Positions 13,815 through 24,758 of a stretch of DNA of 36,052 nt are shown here, piece after piece. Both the position numbers and the translations under genes were made by a program. The stretch comes from an uncultured Clostridium sp. (GTDB lineage Bacteria; Bacillota; Clostridia; TANB77; CAG-508). The notes beneath the pieces are model-generated. The model saw only the letters and a list, made by a program, of their open reading frames with translations. It searched no databases and was not told the origin of the DNA. The stretch covers positions 1-36,052 of the forward strand of contig CATLUC010000004.1 of the NCBI GenBank assembly GCA_950059165.1. The letters are read 5' to 3'. Numbering within the stretch: the first letter of the stretch is position 1; each line of letters opens with the position of its first letter.

Positions 13815-13836
13815 GTTTTTCTCCTTTCTTGCTGTT

Positions 13837-16800
13837 TTATAAAACTTCTTTTTTGATTGTATATACTCCTATTGCCATTATTGCTATAATGGTAATGCTT
13901 AAAATTGTATACATTACTATGCGCCCTGTTCTTATTGATACTATTAGTTCTGCTTGGCTTTCATTATTTTTTGTATTTATATCTTGAGCTGTATAATCAC
14001 TGCTATATTTACTTATTTTTGCGTTATTTGTTATTGTTCCAGTATCTTCTTCTGTCATTTTTTTGCTAACTGTTAATGTTATGTTTTTGGTTTCTCCTGG
14101 ATTTATTATTTGGTTAGATAGTTCTTTTGTACTAATTGAACCATCTTTTAGCTTTGTCCATGAATTGTTTAGGTCTTTTGTAAATGTTATGTCTTTAAAT
14201 AATCTATAATTTCGTTTGCATATCCTGCAACTTTTCCTTGGTTTGTAATTGCTATATTATATTCTATTGTAATATTGCTGTTTTGTATTTGTTTTGCGTC
14301 TATTTCTACTTTTCCAAGTTTGGTTTGATTATATGCAATTACTTTTGTTCCTTTATTTGTTCCTACTGTTACTTTGTTAATTGTTTTGTCTATTTTTAAG
14401 TCAAATTCTTTTGCATCTACAAATCCTGCATCTATGTTTTCTAGATTTTTTGAATTTATTGCTATTGTTTTTGTTTTAGCAATTGTTAATTCTTTATCTT
14501 GTAGTTTCATTTTTCCTTCCATAACGTCTGAGTTGATATTTTGTGGAACTCCTTCTTTTTGATATGTTGTTACTGTATATTTTTTTGTGTTATATTGGAA
14601 CATAACTATATAGTTTCCTTTTTTTATGTTTTCGAATATGTAACTTCCATCTTCTTTTGTATTTTCTTGGTAGTTATCTCCTGTTTCTTCATTTATCAAC
14701 CATACTTGCATATTTGGTATTTTTGCTTCTTCAATGTCTTGCATTCCATTTGCGTTTGTGTCAATCCATGCTATTCCTGATATGCTTCCATTTGTTAATT
14801 TTGGATTATCATTATCATCATTGTTATCATCATTATTATTGTCGTCATCTTTATTGTCATCGTTGTTACTGTCTTTATCTTCTTCATCTTGTTCGATGAA
14901 GAATGAAACTTTGTTGCTTGTTGTATCTATATGTAATCCACCTATTTTTATATAATTTTCTATTTCTTGCTGTATCATTGCTTTTGCATCTACTGTTGTA
15001 TTTATTTCTACTTCTATTGTTTCATTTGGATTTATTAGTGTTCCTGTTATTAATAAATTGTTTTCATGTGGTATTTCTTCTTGTTTTTCTTTTGTTTTAA
15101 GTATTGCAGAGTTTACTTTTAATCCATAAGGTATTTGGTCTTCAATTGAAATGTCTTTTGCTAGTGTTCCTTTATTTTGAATTTTGAATGTGAATATAAT
15201 TTGATCTCCACTTTTTATTTTATTTTCTTTCGTGTTTGTTGTTTGCTCAGCTATTATTTCTACTCTTGTTTGACTTATTTTTCTTTCTATGTCATTTGAT
15301 ATGTATTCTTTTTCATTGTTTATTACTTTGACATGTTGTGAAATAATTTGTTCTGATTTATTTATATCTATTTGGTCTACTTTTGGTTTTATTGTGACTT
15401 CTATTGTTTGTTTTGCTTCTATTTTAGGTATTTTAAATCTTATTACTCTGTTTTTTGTTTCTATATATTGATATGGCTCTTCTCCTGATATAAATAGGTC
15501 ATCTTCTGTAAAATCTGCTATTCCTTCTGCTAATGGTATTTCTACTATGGTGTCTTGCAACTCTTGGTTTGATAGATTTTTTACACTTATTAATAGAGGA
15601 ACTCCTGATCCTTCAGCTGTTGTTACATCTTCTGAATATAGAAATTTTAGTGTTGCTTTTATTTCAGATTTTTCTATTTTATTTTCTATGTTTTTAATAA
15701 TTTTTTCTTTGTAATTATCTGCTGTTATTTTTATTTCTCCTGTTAATGTTTCATTTTCATTTTCTACTTCTTTTACAGCAATTTGGTAGCTTACTTCTTT
15801 TGTTTCTCCTGGTTCTAAAGTTTCTATTTTTAATTGTTTTGATGTTAGTTTTTCGTTTTCTTCTATTTTGTATTTTGTATATTGGACTAAATCTACTTCT
15901 TCTTCATATTCAATTAAGTCATAGTATATTGCATTTGTATTTGTTGCTTCTAGCATAAGGTTTGTCATTTCTTTTTCTGTTTGGTTTGTTACACGTATTT
16001 TGTATCTAATTCCTTGTCCTTCTTTTACAGTGTCATTTTCTTTTAGATAATTGCTTCCTGTTATTGCTGAGACTTCTATTTTCATTCCATTTTCTTCTTC
16101 TGTTGTTGCTGATTGGAACATATTTATTTTTTCGTTTTTAGTTATGAATTTGATATTTGATATTGTTTTTTCTGTGTTGTTTTGGTTTTCATATTCTAGT
16201 GTGTTTTTAATATAGCTTGTGCTTCCAGCATTTAAGTTTTCTGATATGTTGTATGTGTAACCAATGTCTATGTTGTCTCCTGATTGTATTTCATCTTCTA
16301 ATACGATTTTATATGCTTTTATTTTTTCTACTTCTTCTATGTTTTCTGTCCATTGGTTGTTATCTTCTGAATAATAGATTTTTGCATTTTTGTTTTCAGG
16401 CATCTTAATATCTTGGAAGCTTATGTCCATTTCTTGTTTTTCGTCTATTATTTCTCCCATTATAGATACTTTTGTTATTGCATTTTCATAGTTATTAATT
16501 ATTTTTGTTGTTCTTGTTTTAGTTTCTTCGTTTGAATATGCATTTAATTCTATTTCTACTTCTTCATCATCTATTGATTGTTTGTCTTGAGTTTGGTTTA
16601 TTACTAGTACTCCATATTTAGATGTAATTTTGATTGGATAGCTTGTTTTTGTCTCTTCTTCTTGGTTTTCGTTTGTTACATATAGTTCTATGTTTTCTTC
16701 TTTAGGTAGTGTTGTGTTTGGTAGTTTTATGTCTGCAACAATTGAAATTTGAATTCCTTCATTTAGGCTTTTTATATATTCTTCTTGTTCACCTTCTAAA

Positions 16801-18186
16801 CTAATTGTTAATTTTTTCTTTCCGTCGTCCTCTTCTTTTATCCATGCATTTTTTATTGTCATTTGTTCTTCGAAATTTAATTGTGTTATACTTTTTATGT
16901 TTACATTTAATTCTTTTGGTAATATCATGTTTATTGTTGGATTTTTGTATAGGTCATACTGGTTTGTGTTTGCTAGTAATGTTACCATTATTTGAACATT
17001 TTGGTTTTCTTTCATTGCTGATAGTTCGGCTTTTTCCATATTTATTTTGGCTTCTGATTTTGTGTTTAATAGTTTCATTTGTAATATGCATGTTGATTCA
17101 CCTGCTTTTATTGTGCTTTCTAAGTTTTCAAATTGTTCTATTTCTTGTTTGTTATATTGTATTTTGCTGTCAATTGCCTTTTTGTTTTGTATTTTTATTT
17201 GTCCTATTTGTTTTGGTGTTGTTGTAATTATTTTGATGTCTTTTGTGTCTTGGTTTTCGTACTTTATTATTACATTTCCATTTTCGTCTTCTTCTGAAGC
17301 TTTTGTTATTTGTTCTATTGGCTCATCTTGTGCATTTCTTATTGTAATTACCCCATCTTCTCCTAGGATGTTTAGCATTTGCTTTTTGTTTATTGTTGTT
17401 TGTTTGAAGTATGTGCTTTGTTTTGTGTCATTTTCTCTTTTCGTTTGTTCTTCGTCATTTAAGTAATTTGTATATGTTTCTTTTTCCCTATTTATATTTA
17501 CTTCTTCTGCATTTTGTGTGCTTGATACTTCTAGTATGTAGTTTTCTTTATATATTGTTTCGTTTTCTTTTGCTTCATATAGATAACCTTTGTATACTTC
17601 TTTTGTTATTTCTCCTTCAATTGATATTTTTTCTCCTGTTGGTTGTAGTGTAATTTCTTGTTTGTTTTCTGCTTCTATTTCTTTTTCTATATTCTCAAAT
17701 TTTGTTGTTGCTTTTGTTGATAATTCTATGTTTTCTTCATTTATAGTTGCTTCATTGTAGTTGTATATTATTTTGTATGTTTTTGTATTTTTATTTGTTG
17801 TTTGTATATTTAATTCTATATTTTGAGCATCATAAGTATAGTATTGTTTTTCTAGTATTTCTCCATCACTTAATATAACTACATTTTCTGGTTCCTTTTC
17901 TTGGAGTTTTGGGATTTTTATTTGTAGTTTTTCCTCTTCTTTTTTTATTTCATTTTTATTCGTATTTATTGAAATTTTTTGTTGTAATAATACTTGATTG
18001 TTTTCTAATTCAATGTATTTTTCAATATTTTGTTCTATTCCGCATGGTTATTTGTTCTTGTTGATCTATATTGTAATTTTGCGTTTTTCCTGTTATTTCG
18101 GTTGTTGATACAATTCCTGCTTCTATTAAGCTAATTGCAAGTATTGTACTTAAAATTATACCTATTACTATTATTGACTTTTTCAT
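13837..18186 (-). CDS. Copy B1: surface protein (N-half type) with DUF11-like and SdrD-B-like domains and a C-terminal SIRTG-TM-KK tail; +1 shift at CGGA 18039-18042 and a separate break near 14193
   Basis: AGGAGG RBS and ATG at 18186 with a hydrophobic signal (MKKSIIVIGIILSTILAISL). After ATG-CGG-A the +1 frame is open (GIEQNIEKYIE...) and continues into the 17378-14187 ORF. The 14058-13837 ORF supplies the end. Homologous to the N-half of A and D. Confidence 0.8.
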
Positions 18187-18222
18187 ATTATGTTAGCCTC
18201 CTAATACAATTCTTCTATTTTT

Positions 18223-18251
18223 ACAATACTATTTTTTTCTATCTTTGTAAA
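18223..18251 (-). promoter_or_regulatory. Putative sigma-A promoter of B1-B2 (TTTACA-17-TATTGT)
   Basis: Copy of the shared upstream module. Confidence 0.55.
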
Positions 18252-18363
18252 TAGTAGGTTTTTCCATTATTTTTTCTTAGCTTCTATTCCTTTACGGATG
18301 CTCGTTTTGTGATTTTTGGTGTCGTTTTATTAAATTTTATTTACAATTTTGTTACAATTCACA

Positions 18364-18558
18364 TTTGGGCACATTTGGGACAGGCACTGTTGTTCCCCTT
18401 TTAGACATAGTTTGTCAGATATAAAATAGCTAAAAAGGCTCCAAATAGTCCTTTTAGGCAAAAATAAGACAGGTTTTGAGTTACCCAAAAGGTCATTCAG
18501 TGCCTGTCCCATTTATGCCCAAATTGGCTATTCGGTGCCTGTCCCATTTATGCCCAAA
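18364..18558. repeat. Second full copy of the MITE/REP-like element
   Basis: Near-identical core to 8817-9010; here the right unit GTGCCTGTCCCATTTATGCCCAAA is duplicated. Confidence 0.75.
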
Positions 18559-18561
18559 ATT

Positions 18562-21500
18562 TTATTTTAGTACATATTTTTTGATTAGGATTACTCCACA
18601 TACTAGTATTCCTAAGCTACTGATGACAAGCATAGTGTAAGCTATGTAGTCATATTTTAGTCCTGTTGGTGGTATTACATATACAGATTCTGATTGGTCA
18701 TCGTCCATTTCGTGCTTTGTTGTGTTTGGTATGTAGTTTCCGTGGGATTGTTATTAGTGATGAGCCACCTGTTTTGCTTACTTTTATTATTTCTGCATTG
18801 TTTACTAATATATTTTCTTTGTTGTTTGCTAATAGTTTGTAATTGTCTATTGTAATTTTTGCTATACTTTGTGATTGTGTTTTTCCATCTATTGGGGGTT
18901 TTAGTGTTTTTAGTAGTTCTTTGCTTTTCTCACTATCTTTGTTTTCCTCTATTACTAATATTCTTGTTGTGTTTTTTAATGTTTTTAGTAATTCTTTTCC
19001 AAGTAGTCCTTGGTTTACTAATTCATTCTTTTTATTGATGTCTTGTATTATTTCTCCTACTTCATTTAGGTTTTCGTCTGTTGCTAATCTGTTGTCTAAA
19101 TAGTCTATTATGCTGTTTGCTTTTAGTGTTACTAGTTCGTTGTTGTTTGGTGTGTATTTTTCTCCTTCTCCATATATGTAATAGTTTTTGTTGTTATAGT
19201 CTAATTCGCTTACATTTGTAACTTTTAGGTTGTATTTTATTCCTAATTTTGCACCTTGTACGATTTCTGAATCTACTTCAAATTTTATTTCTCCTCTTTG
19301 TTCATCTTTGTTTGGTATGTATACTGCGTGTTTTGCTATTCCTTTTATTTTTCTTTCTCCTGTTTCTGGATCTTCTGTTATTTGTGCATCACTTAGGATT
19401 AAACCGTTTGCTGCTGTTAATTTAGCTGTTTTTATATTTTTTTCTAGTGATAAGGCTTGTCTTGCTCTTTCTACTATTCCAAAGTCCATGTTTTGTATAT
19501 AGTTTTGATGTTCTTTAGTTTTTACTACATATTGACCATTCATTTTTAGGTTTCCGTTTTCTTCTTGTTCATATTCATTTTTGTAGTCTGTGTCTGTATT
19601 TGAGTATTCTATATTAACTCTAAATTCTGGGGTTGTGGAATCCATTTTTGTGATTACTTCTACTTTGTTTCCATTTTGTAATTGTATTTCTCCTCCAATG
19701 TTGTTTATTGATTCTTTGTTGGCATTTGTTATTATTTTGGTTTGATTGTCTATTTGTTTTCTTGAACCTTTTGGCAAATTTTGGTCTTTGTCATAATTGT
19801 CTATTGCATCTGAATATCTTGGTTTGGTAGTTTTATACCATTCTAAGTTGCTTTCTCGGTCTAGGTCTTTGTATATTGTTCCTTTATAGTCTTGTACTGT
19901 TATTTGTTTTTCTTGACCATCTGTGTCTTGGTATTTTTGTCCACCCCATGTGTAGATTACTTTGTAGTTGTCTGGGACAATTCCTCCTATATAGTATTCT
20001 CCATTTTCGTTTGTTGTTACTGTTGCTGGTTCCCATTGTTTTTTTGTTTCATTATATTTGTTTAGTGTTTTTCCTGTTTGTGCATTTATTATTGTAACTG
20101 TAATGTTTGGAATTCCTTTTTCTTCATCTTTGTTGTATATTCCATCTCCTTGCCTGATTTGTCCTGTTTTTAGTTCTTTTGCTGTATTATCTAAAAATAC
20201 TGTTCCTTTTACTCTTCGTTCTTCTTGTAATTGTAGTAATAGTCCTGGTGCTTTGTCTGTATCATCTTCATAAGTTGTTGTGTTTCCTATTTCTATGTTT
20301 CCTGGCTCGGAGTCTATGTCTATTCCTGCATATAGTTTTCCATTTTCTTTGTTTGTATATGAACTTATTTCTGCTATGTTATCTAGTTTTGTGGCATTTG
20401 TTAATAATTCGATTATTTTATCTTCTTTTACTTCTAGTTGCACATAAATGTATTGTTCTTGTGTTGGTTCTATTTCTAAATTCATGTTTTTTATTTTTAT
20501 TTTATAGTAATTGTCATTTTCAAAATTTACAAATTCATAGTCTAGTTTGCTTGCTTCTTTTATATCTCCATTTGCTTGAATTTCTCTTCCTATTGATATT
20601 TTGTTTTTATCGTTTTCGTATTTTTTGTCATAGTAGTCGTCTATCTCGTTTATCACTTCTGTTAATGTTCCTGATGCATTTTTTATACCAATTTTGTAGG
20701 TTAAAGCTATTCTTAGTTCTTTATTGTCTTCTTTGTCTGGACTGTCTTTATAGTAAATGTCTGATGAGTATAGTGCTCTTGTATATGACATACTTGCATA
20801 TTTAGAACCAAATTTTACTTGTGGACTAATGTTAAATCCATTTCCTCCTATTGCTTCATAACATTCTGGATTAAATCTATCTGCATATCTATAAATATGC
20901 TCTTTTCCATTTATGTTTATTTTTGCTGTTTCTAGGTCTTTTACTAGACTTATATCTGGTCTTGCTCTTTCTAGTAATCCTAAATTGATATTTTCTATTT
21001 CTTCTATTTCTTTTGTATAGATATCTTCTAATTCAAATCTATCTTGTCCTAAAAATCCGTTTTGCTTAGTGTCTGCTATAATTTCATATTTTTGTGCCAT
21101 TTGTGCTATTGGGTATTTTTGCCCATTGTAACCATATACTCCTCCTTCGTAGTTTAAGGTCGAGGTATAATTAGTTTTGTTGTATTTTATGTCTATTTCT
21201 CCTTTGTTTCCTAGTGCTTGACCTTTTATTATTTTTTCAAATTTGTTGTTAAATTCATCTCTTGTTGTTTCTTCTGTTGCTTTGCTTCCATTACTTATGT
21301 TTGGATGTGCTGTTACTGCTGTATATGCCATTCCATTGTATGTAAATTCTAAGTAAGCTCCGTCTTTTAGTTCTTCTATTTCTATTTCTTTGAAGTGGTA
21401 TTCTCCTAATTGATTTGTAGTTGCTACTGCTGGTCCATCTGCTCTTGTGTTTAATATATTTCCATTTGCGTCTTTTACTTTTACTTCTATGTTTGCAACT

Positions 21501-23992
21501 TTTTTGTCTGGTGCAACTGCTGTATTGTATAAATCATCATAACCATTGTTTTTGTTTGTTGATGGAAAGTCTTCCCATGTATAACCAGATATTTTTACAT
21601 ATTTTCTTTTGTTTGTTATGTTTAAATTTATGGTTTTCCTATATTGTATTTGTATTGGGTTTTCTATTTTTAATGGTTCTTCTATGCTACAAAATTCATA
21701 TGAATCGTTTTCTCTTTGTACTTCATATAGTTCACATATATGATTTTCTTCAAAACATATTTCTTGTTGTGGTTTATAGTATGTAGCTTCATTTATGTTG
21801 GTTGTCCATGTTACTGGTTCTGTTCCTTTTCCTCCTTTGGCATATTCGTCTGTGTTTTGTTTTTTTATTATAAATCTTGTGTTGTTTAGTTCTTTTTTTG
21901 TTGTCTCATCTGTTTTGTTAATTACTAGGTATCCTCTTGGTTGGTTTTGTATTGTTACACTTACTGGGTTTCCTAAACTTATATTAATAATGTCTCCTAC
22001 TGTTAGTTTTCCCTCTTCTGTTTTGCTACATGGTTGATAATATTTGCTATGTGCTTGTACTTCATATAATTGGTATCTTCCCATTTCTGTTCTGTCTATT
22101 ACTATTTTGTCTCCTGATTTGTATGATGTTGCTTCTTCTATTGTGTCTGACCAACCTCTGTTTGTTACTGAGTTAATTCCTCCTGTTTTGTATTTTCCTG
22201 TGTCTAGATTTTTTAAGACGAATCTTGCATTTGTTAAAATCTCTTCATTGTCACTATCTATTTTTATTACTTGTATATAATCATATGCTTTTGTTTCAAC
22301 TATAACACTATGGTCTTGTGTTACATCTAAAAATTCTATGCTTCCTCCATCATAATATTTTGTTACATCTTGTTCTTCTCCATCTACAATAACTGAACTA
22401 ACGTAATAGCCATCATCTGGTGTGAATTCAACTATTTTGTCATTGTGTATGTCTATATTTGTGGTAGGTGTTATTGTTCCGTTTTTTATACTAGTTGTAA
22501 TTGTATAGTATAATGGTGTTTTTACTATATTTGATTCTAGTGTTTTTGTTTGGTTATTGATTGTATATGTTGTGCTTGCTTTGTTTGTTACGTAATTTGT
22601 GTCTATTAATTTTTGACCTGTTTGGGCTTTTACTGATACTGGAATGTTTACATTATATCTGTGGGCGTAAAATTCTACTTTGTTTAACATTGCACTTTTT
22701 GGAGTTGCTGTAACTACATTGTTTGATGTTGTAATATCAAAATAACTTGTTTTGTTTTCTCCATTTTCGTTTGTAATATTAATATTTCCTGCTATTGATA
22801 TGTTTTCGTCTATAGTGTCTGTAATTTTTATGTTTGAATAGTGTGTGTCTTTGTATAAGTTTGGATATATTTGATTGAAACCTATTAATGTTCCATAATA
22901 GTTATTTGGTATGTATTGTGATACTGTATATGTGAATTTTTCTTGTTCTTTTACTTTTTCTTTGCTAACTGTTTTTGTTGGTTCTGTTATTTGATAAGGG
23001 TATGGTGACATGAAGTTAAATCCCATTCCACATCCTGTTCCTCCATATCTGAAACTATATGTAGAATTAATTAAATTAGTGGCAGTAATAAATATAGATG
23101 TTTTATACCAAATACCATCTGTGATTAATCCCCCATCTCTTTGAACTGCAATTCCTCTTGATAATTCTTGTAATGTTGCTGGGTATTTACCAGATTTTCT
23201 ATTTTTATTATAATAAATTGTTGAGTTTCCTGTATTTGGTACTAGTCCTTCATTTCCACCTAAAAATTGATTTCTACACGTTCCTGTATTATTTACAACA
23301 TCTAAGTCATAATAGAAACCATTTACATTAGTGATTCCTGCTAAAACTCCACTGTCTCTGTTTGTGCTTTTGTTGTAATTATAGGTATCTGAAACATAAT
23401 ATGTCATAGAAAAGTTGCAATCAGCAAATCTTGCACGTAAAGAAAATTTTATTAGTTCTCCTCTAGCTATTGGTCTAGAATAATTGTATCCATTGTTAGG
23501 GACAGGGTTCTCTTGTGAATTACAAAAGTCTGTTTTTGTAAATGCTAAACCTACTCTATGATCACTTGCTCTTCTCCATACATTTACATTTGTCAGTTTT
23601 ATTACAACATCTAAACTTCTACCATTTTTGTCAACAGCACAGTTTGTTATTTGTAGTATTGCTTGTTGACCAGTATATAGATATATCTCAGGTACTCTAA
23701 TACCATTTTGTGTGCTCCAAGATACTGTTCCATCATTTCTTAAAATTTTTATTTGTGTAGAGTTACTATAAAATAATGTGGAATGTGAATAATTGTTATC
23801 TATATTATTTATGGCACTCCAATCTTTGTATGTAATAGTTGCAGCATAAGTATTGTTTAATCCATTAATTATAAAGATTAAAAAGAACAAAATTGGTATG
23901 ATTAAAAATTTATGGCATTTTAGTGTTCTTTTTATGCCACATCTTTTTTTGTTCATAAAAGTTGCAGTGATTTTCTGGATTACCTTTTCCAT
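18562..23992 (-). CDS. Copy C: surface adhesin (C-half type, ~1809 aa reconstructed) with a distinct tip, isopeptide/fimbrial-like domain, B-repeat-like domain, SdrD-B repeats and an IPPTG-TM anchor reached by a +1 shift at CGGA 18739-18742
   Basis: 1764-aa ORF with AGGAGG RBS and signal peptide (..TYA-A). The +1 frame gives GNYIPNTTKHEMDDDQSESVYVIPPTGLKYDYIAYTMLVISSLGILVCGVILIKKYVLK* (stop 18564-18562). Confidence 0.88.
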
Positions 23993-24027
23993 ATTATGTT
24001 AGCCTCCTACTATAATTCTTCTATTTT

Positions 24028-24056
24028 ACAATACTATTTTTTTCTTTCTTTGTAAA
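24028..24056 (-). promoter_or_regulatory. Putative sigma-A promoter of copy C (TTTACA-17-TATTGT)
   Basis: Copy of the shared upstream module. Confidence 0.55.
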
Positions 24057-24174
24057 TAGTAGGTTTTTCCATTATTTTTAGGTGATTTCTATGCCTTTAC
24101 GGATGCTCATTTCAGGCATTTTGTGTCGTTTTATTAAGTTTTATTTACAATTTTGTTACATTTTTTACATTAAC

Positions 24175-24202
24175 AAAAGAGACATGAAATCATGTCTCTT
24201 TT
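24175..24202 (-). terminator. Intrinsic terminator-like hairpin after the pilin-like/coiled-coil gene pair
   Basis: Perfect inverted repeat AAAAGAGACATGA-aa-TCATGTCTCTTTT. Confidence 0.75.
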
Positions 24203-24264
24203 ATGTTGAGTTTTTCAGGTATACCTATCCCAAAAAGTGTTCAATGTGCCCAAATATGTTTTTA

Positions 24265-24738
24265 TTAGTTTACTCCACTTGTGTTTTCGCTTATAATTGC
24301 ATTATATTCTTCGTATAGTTTGTTTATTTTTTGCATTTCTTGACTTAGTTTTTCTTGTTTTTCATTTATTTGTTTTTGTATTTCTTCTAATTGTTGCTTT
24401 TTTTGGTCTTTGTTATTTGTTACTGTGTTGTTTTCTTCTGTTTTTTGGTTTACCATTAGTTCCTCTTGTTTCTCATTTAATGGGGTCATTTCGTCTTGTA
24501 TTTGTTTTATTGTCTTTTCTTGGTTGTTTATTTTTTCTTGTATTTCTTGTATTTTGGGATTTGTGTCCACTGTTTTGCTATTTTGGTTGTTTGTGTTTTG
24601 TTTGTTTTCGTTTTGTGTTGGTGTGTTGTTATTGTTGGTTTCTTTTTTGTTGTTTTTAGTGTTTGTTGCTATTATTACTATTAGTCCTATTAGTATCAAT
24701 ATTGTTATTATGATTATTATGCTTTTTTTGTTTTTCAT
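24265..24738 (-). CDS. Hypothetical membrane-anchored coiled-coil protein (157 aa)
   Basis: True start is likely ATG 24738 (MKNKKSIIIIITILILIGLIVIIA) after AAGAGG and just downstream of the pilin-like stop. N/Q-rich linker followed by Q/E/K heptad-like helices. Confidence 0.75.
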   Translation of the reverse strand: MKNKKSIIIIITILILIGLIVIIATNTKNNKKETNNNNTPTQNENKQNTNNQNSKTVDTNPKIQEIQEKINNQEKTIKQIQDEMTPLNEKQEELMVNQKTEENNTVTNNKDQKKQQLEEIQKQINEKQEKLSQEMQKINKLYEEYNAIISENTSGVN

Positions 24739-24758
24739 TGTATTTCCTCTTTTCTTTT

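Noticed and set aside
8817-18558. CRISPR array or invertible promoter suggested by the GGGACAGGCAC repeats
   Set aside because: No regular repeat-spacer series or cas genes. All copies share one orientation, the predicted promoter lies outside the inverted repeats, and no invertase is present.
102-18742. Ordinary pseudogene decay or random homopolymer sequencing errors as the cause of fragmentation
   Set aside because: Eight of nine breaks are +1 at the same in-frame CGGA, none of these lies in an A/T run, and there are no nonsense mutations. A motif-specific consensus error still needs excluding with reads.
102-23992. Diversity-generating retroelement as the source of paralog variation
   Set aside because: No reverse transcriptase and no template/variable repeat pair with adenine-specific differences seen.
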